64,000 nt of DNA from Alphaproteobacteria bacterium (GTDB lineage Bacteria > Pseudomonadota > Alphaproteobacteria > RF32 > CAG-239), in NCBI GenBank assembly GCA_045602545.1, contig JAZSBR010000022.1, positions 17,696-81,695 on the forward strand. The letters run 5' to 3'. Shown here one piece after another: positions 10,005-18,433 of this stretch (its first letter is position 1; each line of letters opens with the position of its first letter). A program made the position numbers and the translations under genes. Below the pieces are notes generated by a model, which saw only the letters and a list, made by a program, of their open reading frames with translations, searched no databases and was not told the DNA's origin.

Positions 10005-10982
10005 ATGAAAATTGAAATTGGGGAATCATTATTTTATTCTTGGTTACGACATATTAAGAACTGCCGAATAGTCCAAACAAATTGGAAAACTTCTAGTTCT
10101 TGGAAAATTTATCATGAAGAAGAATTGGAAAAACTTTATAACGCTGCCTTAATAGAGTTTTCCGATTGTTTAATAAAAAAAGATAAATTACCTCTCGGAC
10201 AGTTTTTGAAACAAGCTGAAATTGATGTTATCGGGAAAAGTGAAAATAATGAATTTTACGTAATAGATGTTGCTTTTCATAAAAATACCTGCAACTATAG
10301 CGGTAATGGAAATAGTAATGAAAAAAACATAACAAAAAAGTTAATAAGAGCTGCTTTTTGTTTATATGGTTATTTTGATACCAAAAAAGGTTTTATTATA
10401 TTTGCCACCCCAAAATTTGGAAAAACTTCTTTAGATAGAACACAACAATGCATAACAAAAGTCAAAGAGTTCTTTTCAAATAATGGTTTTAAATTTAATG
10501 TGGAATGCATTTGTAACGAAGATTTTAATAATAAAGTAGTTATTCCCGTTACAGAAAAATGTAATGATAATAGTGATACCGCAGAATTGTTTATGCGTGC
10601 TTATGATTTATGCACACTCACTTCTAATGTGAAAAGAAAATCAAAAAATTCTCCAACAGAACCCAAAACGAGCAAAATTAAAAGTACATCTATAAAAATC
10701 GGGCAAATTGTAAAAAACTATCTGATTCCAACTTTACTTAGTAATCAAATATCAATGGAAGAAATTCAAAAACTGCAAGATGCTGACTATTCTAAACAGA
10801 TATTTGATATAAATTATCCTCTTTTATCTAAAGAACGTATTATAAATGGTCGTGCTCGATATTATGTTAGTCCTTTATTAATTAAAGGTGTTAAATATTA
10901 TGTATGCCAAGAATGGTTTAATAGAAATTACCAAAAACTGGAAACTTGGCTTAAAGCACATAATGTAACAATTAAGGACTGA
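10005..10982 (+). CDS. Putative PD-(D/E)XK-type nuclease with a C-terminal DNA-binding-like domain
   Basis: EIGESLFYSWLRH, QAEIDVIG and VIDVAFH; C-terminal RYY...YYVCQEW segment of the kind seen in restriction-associated proteins. Confidence 0.55.
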   Translation: MKIEIGESLFYSWLRHIKNCRIVQTNWKTSSSWKIYHEEELEKLYNAALIEFSDCLIKKDKLPLGQFLKQAEIDVIGKSENNEFYVIDVAFHKNTCNYSGNGNSNEKNITKKLIRAAFCLYGYFDTKKGFIIFATPKFGKTSLDRTQQCITKVKEFFSNNGFKFNVECICNEDFNNKVVIPVTEKCNDNSDTAELFMRAYDLCTLTSNVKRKSKNSPTEPKTSKIKSTSIKIGQIVKNYLIPTLLSNQISMEEIQKLQDADYSKQIFDINYPLLSKERIINGRARYYVSPLLIKGVKYYVCQEWFNRNYQKLETWLKAHNVTIKD

Positions 10983-10985
10983 TTT

Positions 10986-12449
10986 ATGCTCCTATCTAAA
11001 ACTGACTATATTCTCGGCATGGATTGCGAAAAGGCTCTTTGGCTGATAAAACATCATCCGGAGTTAGTGCCTGATGTCGATGTAATGCTACAGCGTCGGT
11101 TTGACATCGGTAATGAAGTGCAAGAATATGCTCGTAAATTATTTCCTTCAGGTAAAATGGTTGGCGATGGTGATATTGAGTACATGACTCATAAAACCGA
11201 GCAGATGTCACAAGAATATAATGTTTTATTTGAAGCGACCGCAATATTGCCAGATAAAGCCTTTTGCCGCATTGATATCATGGAGCGTGAAGGAAACGCT
11301 TGGAATTTAATAGAAATAAAGTCAGCAACAGAAGTTAAGGATAATTACATTGATGATCTTGCCTTTCAAAAATATGTATTTGAAAATGCCGGTTACAAAA
11401 TCAATCGCTTAAAAGTGATATATCTGAACAAATATTACGTACGCAAAGGCATTTTAGATATTCGAGAGCTCTTTGTGATTGAAGATGTTACTTTGCTTGT
11501 AGATGAAGTTTATTCTGATGTTGGTTATAATATTGACGTATTACAGCAATTAATTGAGCAAAACGAAGAACCGGAAGTTCTGTTGCACAAAACAAATCCG
11601 TGTAAAGGCTGCGGTTTTAAATCTTATTGTCGGCGCGATCTGCCTGAATACCCTGCTTTCAGACTATTTTACTATGATAGAGATTGGCAAAAATTTTATA
11701 ATCAGTACAATACATATATTGTTGAAGATATACCGGATAGCTATGAGTTACGCCCTAAAGAAATTATTGATAAGCAATCCTATCTAACAGGAAAAACACA
11801 TATTGAACCTGAAAAAATACAAAATTGGCTAGATACACTTGAGTATCCGTTATATTATTTGGATTACGAAACCGCACAATTAGCAATTCCGCTGTTTGAT
11901 AACTCTAGGCCATATGCTCAAACACCTTTTCAGTTTTCTCTGCATATACAAGAAACCAAAGGCGGAGAATTAAAACACATAAGTTTTTTGCATAAAGATT
12001 GTTCTGATCCGCGACGTGCAATAGCTGAATGTCTGGTTAATAATTGCGGCACAAAAGGCTCGGTTATCGTATACAATAAAACATTTGAAATGACACGTAA
12101 CAAAGAATTGGCCAGTCTTTTTCCGGATTTATCAAAACAGCTCTTGGCAATTAATGAAAGAATCGCCGACCAATATGATATTTTTGATAAACGCTACTTA
12201 TATTGCCCTAAACAAAAGAGTTCGGTATCTATTAAGTACGTTCTACCGGCATTTTGCGATTTGTCGTATCAGGGTATGGAAATAGCCAATGGTGGCGAAG
12301 CCATGAGCGAATATGAAGCTTTCTTAAAAGGTAAGCAAACACCAGAAGAAACGGCAAAAATGTTTAATGCTCTGGAAAAATACTGTGCTCAAGACACTTA
12401 TGCCATGGTTAAACTTATGGAAGTTTTATACCAATACGCCGAGAAATAA
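10986..12449 (+). CDS. DUF2779-containing protein (RecB/Cas4-like nuclease plus RNase H-like domain)
   Basis: LSKTDY..C.K.LWL, RIDI..IEIKS, CxxCxxxxxC, YLDYET, PFQFSLH and YCAQDT. Confidence 0.8.
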   Translation: MLLSKTDYILGMDCEKALWLIKHHPELVPDVDVMLQRRFDIGNEVQEYARKLFPSGKMVGDGDIEYMTHKTEQMSQEYNVLFEATAILPDKAFCRIDIMEREGNAWNLIEIKSATEVKDNYIDDLAFQKYVFENAGYKINRLKVIYLNKYYVRKGILDIRELFVIEDVTLLVDEVYSDVGYNIDVLQQLIEQNEEPEVLLHKTNPCKGCGFKSYCRRDLPEYPAFRLFYYDRDWQKFYNQYNTYIVEDIPDSYELRPKEIIDKQSYLTGKTHIEPEKIQNWLDTLEYPLYYLDYETAQLAIPLFDNSRPYAQTPFQFSLHIQETKGGELKHISFLHKDCSDPRRAIAECLVNNCGTKGSVIVYNKTFEMTRNKELASLFPDLSKQLLAINERIADQYDIFDKRYLYCPKQKSSVSIKYVLPAFCDLSYQGMEIANGGEAMSEYEAFLKGKQTPEETAKMFNALEKYCAQDTYAMVKLMEVLYQYAEK

Positions 12450-12453
12450 CTTC

Positions 12454-13191
12454 TTATTTCTTTGCTATACTCAATAAATAGTTTTTGTATTGCTGCAACC
12501 CGCAAGATATCGTATTATGATGATTTTTGTTGTTAAATGCCAAACGAATTTCCTGATCTTTAGGTGTTGCATCAGGACTATCTTTTGTTAAATAATCCAT
12601 TACTTTTTGAAATTCTTCATAATTTTCAATCAGCCAAAGATTTTTATTTAAAATCTCAGAAGTAACATTAATTGCACTCTTATAACTGTTAATAGTTCCC
12701 TTAGATGGATATTTTTTCTCTAGATACGCAATAAAATGTTTCTGCCTTACCGCTGATACAAAATCATCCCGACTTACTACTTTAAGCGGTGGAGTAAATG
12801 GATTTTTTTTCAAATCTTCTAAATAAGCTGTCGCAACTTGGTTTGAAACCAAAGGACATGATTTAATAAAACTAATAAATGCTCCGTTTAATATATACAC
12901 TTTATTTTCATCTGCATCAGCAAAATTAATGATAACTGTCAAAATATCTTCAATCTTTTCAAGCCAATTACAAAGTTCTTCATCGCTTTGAAAAGCTTTT
13001 GCAACTATTTCTTTTATATCTTCATATTGCGAATCGTTAAAATTTTCCCGTTCTTTAAGAATCTGCGCCAGTAATTTTGTGTTTTGCATCAGGCTATCAT
13101 CTTTTTTTAGATTCCTTGCTACTGCCGTAGGTATAATGCTTTCTGTTAACACAAACTTACACCAAATATTGCTTAAATTTCCATCAGTCAT
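12454..13191 (-). CDS. Hypothetical protein with a C-terminal integrase core-binding-like helical domain
   Basis: Start moved to the ATG at 13191 (RBS GGGAG). C-terminal FIAYL...GTINSYKSAI...SCGLQQYKNYL. Confidence 0.6.
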   Translation of the reverse strand: MTDGNLSNIWCKFVLTESIIPTAVARNLKKDDSLMQNTKLLAQILKERENFNDSQYEDIKEIVAKAFQSDEELCNWLEKIEDILTVIINFADADENKVYILNGAFISFIKSCPLVSNQVATAYLEDLKKNPFTPPLKVVSRDDFVSAVRQKHFIAYLEKKYPSKGTINSYKSAINVTSEILNKNLWLIENYEEFQKVMDYLTKDSPDATPKDQEIRLAFNNKNHHNTISCGLQQYKNYLLSIAKK

Positions 13192-13367
13192 TATTTTCTC
13201 CCTATCAGACAAACTCAATATAAAACGAAAACTATAAAAAATCAATATATTTATAGTAAAATAACATTTTAGCACCATATTTCGCACAAAATCTATAAAA
13301 AATAAAATTATAGAGTATTGATTTTACATAATAATTAAAAATTTTACTATTTTTTATAATTTTTTTC

Positions 13368-13396
13368 TTGACAACCGATTTTAAATAATTTATATA
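13368..13396 (+). promoter_or_regulatory. Probable promoter for riboswitch copy 1
   Basis: TTGACA-17 nt-TATATA directly upstream of the aptamer; the -10 is imperfect. Confidence 0.45.
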
Positions 13397-13400
13397 TGTA

Positions 13401-13493
13401 ATCAACCTATAAGGAGTTGTGCGAGGGACAAGCCCTATGACCACACAGCAACCGACAAAATGCACGGTGCTAAAGCTTGGATGATAGGTGGAT
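13401..13493 (+). promoter_or_regulatory. SAM-I (S-box)-type riboswitch aptamer, P4-less variant, copy 1
   Basis: P1 ACCTAT/ATAGGT; J1/2 AGGAG; P2 with kink-turn GA/GA; P2b GGG/CCC with loop ACAAG able to pseudoknot with CTTG; P3 AGCAACCG/CGGTGCT. Confidence 0.88.
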
Positions 13494-13500
13494 TTTTGAA

Positions 13501-13529
13501 GCCTATCGTTGTCGATGGGTTATTTTTTT
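13501..13529 (+). terminator. Expression-platform terminator of riboswitch copy 1
   Basis: GCCTATCG-ttgt-CGATGGGT followed by TATTTTTTT. Its 5' arm CCTATC can instead pair with GATAGG of P1 as an antiterminator. Confidence 0.85.
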
Positions 13530-13585
13530 ACTCTCGTTCTCTCCTTTGGGTTATTGTATTAACTTTTTTCATTAGGAGAAATTCT

Positions 13586-13993
13586 ATGGTAACAAATAAA
13601 AGATGGGCTTTCAAAAAAAATAAATCAGGTGTAGCAAGATGTTGCCGCGCTAAAGGAGTTAATGTTAATAATGATATTTGTCTCGCATCTATAAAACAAA
13701 CTCTTTACAAATTACAATATGTATATTGGGCAGATATGGATGACAAAACATTTTTAAATAGAGATTGGACATTTATTTTTCATGATCAATACAAAAAACT
13801 TTTTCATATATTCTCTATTCCTAAAGGACAATTGACGCCAGATTTAAGGAAAGCTAACAGAAAGCTTAATTTAGTCGACTGGAATATAAAAACAGCTTTC
13901 TATAAAGATGTAGATACTGGCTTTGATTTCAGTAATTTTTTTGTTAAAACAATTAGGTATGATGACCAAGATATTCTAAAATATGATAATTAG
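13586..13993 (+). CDS. Hypothetical protein (135 aa) downstream of riboswitch copy 1
   Basis: The ATG at 13586 has RBS AGGAG. The ORF-track start at 13460 lies inside the riboswitch. Confidence 0.7.
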   Translation: MVTNKRWAFKKNKSGVARCCRAKGVNVNNDICLASIKQTLYKLQYVYWADMDDKTFLNRDWTFIFHDQYKKLFHIFSIPKGQLTPDLRKANRKLNLVDWNIKTAFYKDVDTGFDFSNFFVKTIRYDDQDILKYDN

Positions 13994-14173
13994 CAAAACT
14001 TATATACTCGTATAAATGTATAAAAAATAATTGTCATTGACAGACATATTAATTGTCATTTTGGTATAATATAATGTCATAAAATATCAGGGAATGTTGC
14101 AAAAACAAAATGTTAGCACTTTTTTTGATATTTTAATATAACATAAAATAACTTTTTAAGAAAGGAATCGGAA

Positions 14174-14302
14174 ATGTGGTATGTAGTTGTAGAAGGAAAT
14201 AAACTTCCAACCCCTTATTTAACAATGGATGATGCAGTAAAAGCCATGAACGCTTTGAGATCCGTTTATCGCAATTGTTGCATGGATATTGTTTATGAAT
14301 AA
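14174..14302 (+). CDS. Small protein (42 aa, MWYVVVEGNKLPTPY...CCMDIVYE), below the ORF-track cutoff
   Basis: RBS AAGGA before the ATG; followed by the hairpin TCGGTT/AACCGA. Confidence 0.55.
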   Translation: MWYVVVEGNKLPTPYLTMDDAVKAMNALRSVYRNCCMDIVYE

Positions 14303-14331
14303 TATCGGTTAAATAAACCGAAAATATGGAA

Positions 14332-14414
14332 ACCTATAAAGAGTGTGCGAGAGACAAGCTCTATGACCACACAGCAACCGGCAAAAGCACGGTGCTAAAG
14401 CTTGAATGATAGGT
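14332..14414 (+). promoter_or_regulatory. SAM-I (S-box)-type riboswitch aptamer, P4-less variant, copy 2
   Basis: Same architecture as copy 1. P2b is GAG/CTC instead of GGG/CCC (a compensatory change); P2a is GTGTG/CACAC. Confidence 0.88.
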
Positions 14415-14423
14415 AACTTTAGA

Positions 14424-14453
14424 AGCCTATCGCTGTCGATGGGTTTATTTTTT
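14424..14453 (+). terminator. Expression-platform terminator of riboswitch copy 2
   Basis: AGCCTATCG-ctgt-CGATGGGTT followed by TATTTTTT. Confidence 0.85.
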
Positions 14454-14495
14454 GCCCTCTTTATAGGTTAATTTTATCAAAAACGGAGAGCAAAT

Positions 14496-15050
14496 ATGAC
14501 TTTAGAACAATATAATCAATGTTTACATGCGATAGATAAACAAATTGAAGAATTGCAACAGTCGCGTGAAGTTTTGATTACGCAAAATAAAGAAAAAATC
14601 GAAAAGCAAATCATTAAACGGCAGCAAGATGACCGCAAATGGTTTGTAAGCAATTTCGATGTGTTTTGGAACAATAGGCATAAATTTAATAAGAATACAC
14701 CAAATGCCGATATAATTATTGATTTTTTCAATATCTATACAAGAGGAAATAAGGCAGGTAGTAAGTCGGTTTGGCATATATCAATCAGCGACTTAATCAC
14801 CCTATGGGAGTTAGGTTATAAATATCAAGGCTATCCTATTGTTGAATATATCGGCCATGCTTTCGCCCATGAATTAACGTATATCAAGGACGGAAAATTG
14901 GTTACCGTTACCAATTTTAGAGAAGAATCACTAGGTTTTTCGCCGGTTTTATATGCAATCTTGGAATATTTAAGCACGCACAAAATCATTTCAAGTGGTT
15001 TTGAAGAATACAAAACCCTTAAAGGAATGAGAGATATTTTAGCAAACTAA
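14496..15050 (+). CDS. Hypothetical protein, paralogue 1 of a tandem triplet
   Basis: RBS GGAG; N-terminal coiled coil; motif IIIDF..YT...ISDLITLWELGYKYQGYPIV. Confidence 0.75.
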   Translation: MTLEQYNQCLHAIDKQIEELQQSREVLITQNKEKIEKQIIKRQQDDRKWFVSNFDVFWNNRHKFNKNTPNADIIIDFFNIYTRGNKAGSKSVWHISISDLITLWELGYKYQGYPIVEYIGHAFAHELTYIKDGKLVTVTNFREESLGFSPVLYAILEYLSTHKIISSGFEEYKTLKGMRDILAN

Positions 15051-15062
15051 AGGGAAAATGTC

Positions 15063-15545
15063 ATGTCTGAACAAAAAATTTATAATTTACCGGAAGAAAA
15101 TATAAAAGCTTTAGATACACTTTTTTCAAACATCAGCCTCATTGAGCAAAACAGAAATATAATTTATGAAACCGATAAATATTACAATATTTGTATTTCC
15201 GGTGTTGGCGTTTGTTTGGCTCACATGAAAACTGTGCCGTTGTTTTTAGGCGATTTATTGCAACTTTGGAAACATTCTGCATGGAAGCAAGATGACAATT
15301 ATTGCTACTTCGTTATGGGTTCACCGAGTTCAAACAGCAATATTTGCCATATATGGAACAGAAAATACGGATTTATTCAAAAATCCATCAAAGATATCGG
15401 AGAATTAGCTTTTCCGGCATTTTCATTAATAAATAACGGCACAATCAGTAATAAAATCTGCGTACAAAAATCAACTGCAGCCACTAAAACAAACTCACAT
15501 TTAAGTATTTTCAACTTAATTAATGAACTAAAGGAGCAAAAGTAA
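15063..15545 (+). CDS. Hypothetical protein, more divergent paralogue 2
   Basis: Motif LFLGDLLQLW, then GSPSS. Confidence 0.7.
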   Translation: MSEQKIYNLPEENIKALDTLFSNISLIEQNRNIIYETDKYYNICISGVGVCLAHMKTVPLFLGDLLQLWKHSAWKQDDNYCYFVMGSPSSNSNICHIWNRKYGFIQKSIKDIGELAFPAFSLINNGTISNKICVQKSTAATKTNSHLSIFNLINELKEQK

Positions 15546-16129
15546 TGAATATCAATGATTACAGAAAGCAATATCGCGAATTTGAAGAAAGAGCAGCCAA
15601 AGCAAAACAAGATTTTGAAATGTTTAAAGTGGCTGAACATCGTGATTTTTATGAACTATATCGCAAAGAGCAAGAAGAACATTTATTATGGCTTGCAGAG
15701 CATATTGATTATTTCCAAAAGCATAAAGAGTACATAAAAAACAGCCCTGGTTTAAGTAAAATTGTGATAGATTTTTTGCCGCTTTATACCGGTGGTGGCT
15801 TAGTTTCCGGTGCCGGATTTTGTCTTTGCAGTAAATATAAAATATATTTAGGAGATCTACTTGATGTATGGGACGCCGGATTTTGTTATAACGGCCATCC
15901 GATTGTTTCTTGTAATATCGGAATACATTGGAACACCGATTATCAACTCAAATATATCAAAAATAAAAAAATTGAGGGAGTCAGAGTAAGTATAAAAGGT
16001 CAATTTAGACATTTGCCTGAAATAAACAAGGAAGTATTTGCTAAGGTTTGCCAAGCAAATATAGCTAAGCAATTTCCGGATATGTCAACATATAAAAATA
16101 TCGACTTATTGATAAAGGTTTGTAAATAA
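15545..16129 (+). CDS. Hypothetical protein, paralogue 3
   Basis: TAATG coupling; motif IVIDF..YT...[21 protein letters not shown]. Confidence 0.75.
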   Translation: MNINDYRKQYREFEERAAKAKQDFEMFKVAEHRDFYELYRKEQEEHLLWLAEHIDYFQKHKEYIKNSPGLSKIVIDFLPLYTGGGLVSGAGFCLCSKYKIYLGDLLDVWDAGFCYNGHPIVSCNIGIHWNTDYQLKYIKNKKIEGVRVSIKGQFRHLPEINKEVFAKVCQANIAKQFPDMSTYKNIDLLIKVCK

Positions 16130-16130
16130 A

Positions 16131-17009
16131 ATGAATGACAATTACTACAATGTACTAAAGGTTAAACCGGATGCTTCACAAGCTCAAATTAAGAATGCCT
16201 ATTATAAATTGGCTAAAAAATATCATCCGGATATTAATCGAAAAACCGAAGAAAAATTTAAAGCAATCAATATTGCTTATGAAGTGTTGTCAGATAAGCA
16301 AAAACGTCAGGAATATGATAATAAGCTAAAAGAAGAGGAAACTAAAGAACATGATATTAAGGATGAGAATATAACAACAAAAAATGATATACAGCCATTT
16401 GATGACAGTAAATTATATGACTTTGATGACAGTCTTTTCGATGACGAATTTTCGGCTTTTGAAAGAGAATATGAGAGACACAGCAAGACCGCAGAATGTG
16501 ATTTTTCAAATTATCATTATGTAGATAACAGCTCGATATTTGAAATTTTACAAAAAGCTAATTATCGTAATTTTGATGCTTCATATAATTCTATTTGGGC
16601 AAAAAATATGTTTGCTATGCTTGGAGCCTCAATTATCTATCTAACAGCAACATTGGTTATTGGATATAGAAAAGTATTTCATTTCAAAACATCGGCAGAA
16701 AAAGAAAGATATCGTGTTTATAAATACACCTGGTTGAAATCTTTTCATAATATTATAAATAAAAATAATTTCTGGAAGGCATTGATTATAACTATATCCC
16801 TTCCGTTTGTTGCTACACTTAAAATATTTCGCAATATGTTATACTGCTTCATATTTATACCGATGGATTATGTCATTAACAAGATTTTACTCCCATGTGT
16901 GGAAGAAATAATAAAGCTTCTTTTACGTCAAATCAAACGCATTATTGTGCTATGTCTTAAATGGGGTATTCCACTTCTGATATTATACGCACTGCTAACT
17001 CAACAATAA
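16131..17009 (+). CDS. J-domain (DnaJ-like) protein with C-terminal membrane segments
   Basis: NYYNVLKV...[15 protein letters not shown]...[13 protein letters not shown], followed by hydrophobic C-terminal stretches. Confidence 0.85.
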   Translation: MNDNYYNVLKVKPDASQAQIKNAYYKLAKKYHPDINRKTEEKFKAINIAYEVLSDKQKRQEYDNKLKEEETKEHDIKDENITTKNDIQPFDDSKLYDFDDSLFDDEFSAFEREYERHSKTAECDFSNYHYVDNSSIFEILQKANYRNFDASYNSIWAKNMFAMLGASIIYLTATLVIGYRKVFHFKTSAEKERYRVYKYTWLKSFHNIINKNNFWKALIITISLPFVATLKIFRNMLYCFIFIPMDYVINKILLPCVEEIIKLLLRQIKRIIVLCLKWGIPLLILYALLTQQ

Positions 17010-17020
17010 GGAAAACAGAT

Positions 17021-17578
17021 ATGACTACAGCAAATAATAAATATGAAAGCTCACTATGGGATATGCTTGACTATATCTCGCAGGATTTTGTTTTTAACCT
17101 GTTTTATATGATGATACATAAGCGATTTATACGTTATTTTGTTATAGATTACCACCGCATATATGACCTGATTCGTACTATACAGCGTATTAATCAATCA
17201 TTATCACCGTGCAAATTAGAAGAAAAAATCAATATTTTGTTTGCCGGTATCGAAACCGAAGAAGAAGTTTTAGATATGTTTAAGCTGTTTAGATATAATG
17301 CTATTGTGAAAGACGATAAAATCGTTATAACAAACGATACTGAACTTGATGATAATTACAATCCGGTTTATCCTGAACAAAGGGAAGAATATATTTTGCC
17401 GAGTTATATTCTTAAAAACTTTTTATTATTTCGTTCAGCTGTTAGCGATTGTGTTATGGGTAAATTTCCTAACAATCTGGACTATTGGCTCTACGCCTGC
17501 CGTTATTTACTTATGGATGACAAAGATTTTCATGATTTTGGCTTAAAGAATGACTTATTTCCATATATAAGTCAATAA
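17021..17578 (+). CDS. Hypothetical protein
   Basis: ATG at 17021 with RBS AAGGA; last gene of the riboswitch-2 operon. Confidence 0.65.
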   Translation: MTTANNKYESSLWDMLDYISQDFVFNLFYMMIHKRFIRYFVIDYHRIYDLIRTIQRINQSLSPCKLEEKINILFAGIETEEEVLDMFKLFRYNAIVKDDKIVITNDTELDDNYNPVYPEQREEYILPSYILKNFLLFRSAVSDCVMGKFPNNLDYWLYACRYLLMDDKDFHDFGLKNDLFPYISQ

Positions 17579-17743
17579 TAGTTATACATGCGGTTGTTTT
17601 CTGTCTGTTTATTAGTAATCCCGTCTAAACGGAAGCAAAATGTTACCAATAAACTTCATTTTAGGGGCTCGCGAAGGTGAATTTCCACGACATACTATTT
17701 AATGTAAATAGTTAATAACACTAATTTTGAAAGGAATAAAACC

Positions 17744-18016
17744 ATGCAAAAACAATTTGAACAATACCTACAATCAAAGAATTATAGTGCAACAACAGCT
17801 ATTGATTATCCGGCACGTTTAGAAAGACTTTGCAGAAAAGAGAAGTTTAGCTATGAACATCTGGCACAACATTTAGCTGAGATTATGCCTCAATATGAAA
17901 GAACAGGTAAAAAGTCATCTTATGGCAAGAGAAGCCATTCATCTGTCATCAATGCTTTGAGAAGATTTGCTGAATTCTTATCAGATTGCAACATCAAATT
18001 TGAAGGTGCGAACTAA
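17744..18016 (+). CDS. Stand-alone integrase core-binding-like helical protein
   Basis: FEQYL...SATTAIDYPARL...INALRRFAEFL; RBS AAGGA. Confidence 0.65.
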   Translation: MQKQFEQYLQSKNYSATTAIDYPARLERLCRKEKFSYEHLAQHLAEIMPQYERTGKKSSYGKRSHSSVINALRRFAEFLSDCNIKFEGAN

Positions 18017-18336
18017 TGACTGATATTGCAACGTTAAATGATAATTTCCGTAAAACATTTACCGGTGGTCAGGTGCTCTTGACTGCCGGTATTGCTGCCA
18101 TGAGTTCAGAAGATAAAGCAAATATTATATCACTAGTTCAAAATTTTGATAATTTTAATGAAGATAATGACCCTTATAAAGAACATGATTTTGGAAATTT
18201 TGACTATAAAGGCAATAAAATCTTCTGGAAAATAGACTATTACGACCGGTTTAATACACATTTTGCTTCTGAAAATCCAGCTGATATAAGCAAAACATTG
18301 AGAATACTCACCATCCTGTTGGCAGAAGAATATTAA
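18016..18336 (+). CDS. DUF3768-family protein
   Basis: IATLNDNFR, DNDPYKEHDFG, FWKIDYYD and RILTILLAEEY. Confidence 0.85.
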   Translation: MTDIATLNDNFRKTFTGGQVLLTAGIAAMSSEDKANIISLVQNFDNFNEDNDPYKEHDFGNFDYKGNKIFWKIDYYDRFNTHFASENPADISKTLRILTILLAEEY

Positions 18337-18360
18337 ACACAAACACCAAAGCTTGTTTTT

Positions 18361-18433
18361 TGACACCATAACAAGAGTTTCCAAATTTTATATATAAGTC
18401 TATATGAAACATGAATTCGTTGTTATGGTGTCA
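18361..18433. repeat. 73-bp element with perfect 14-bp terminal inverted repeats (MITE-like or bidirectional hairpin)
   Basis: TGACACCATAACAA (18361-18374) and TTGTTATGGTGTCA (18420-18433), with TTTT on both flanks. Confidence 0.6.

Noticed and set aside
13453-13514. Classification as SAM-IV or SAM-I/IV through a second pseudoknot (L3 CGACA with downstream TGTCG)
   Set aside because: The kink-turn and first pseudoknot are SAM-I-like, and TGTCG lies within the terminator hairpin. The pairing could contribute to switching but does not justify reclassification.
13232-13585. ORF 13232-13465 (-) and the 5' extension of ORF 13460-13993
   Set aside because: Both overlap the riboswitch and terminator; the RBS-supported start is 13586.
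18361-18433. Integron attC site (CATAAC...GTTATG)
   Set aside because: There are no convincing L boxes or extrahelical bases, no array of similar sites and no integron integrase in the window.
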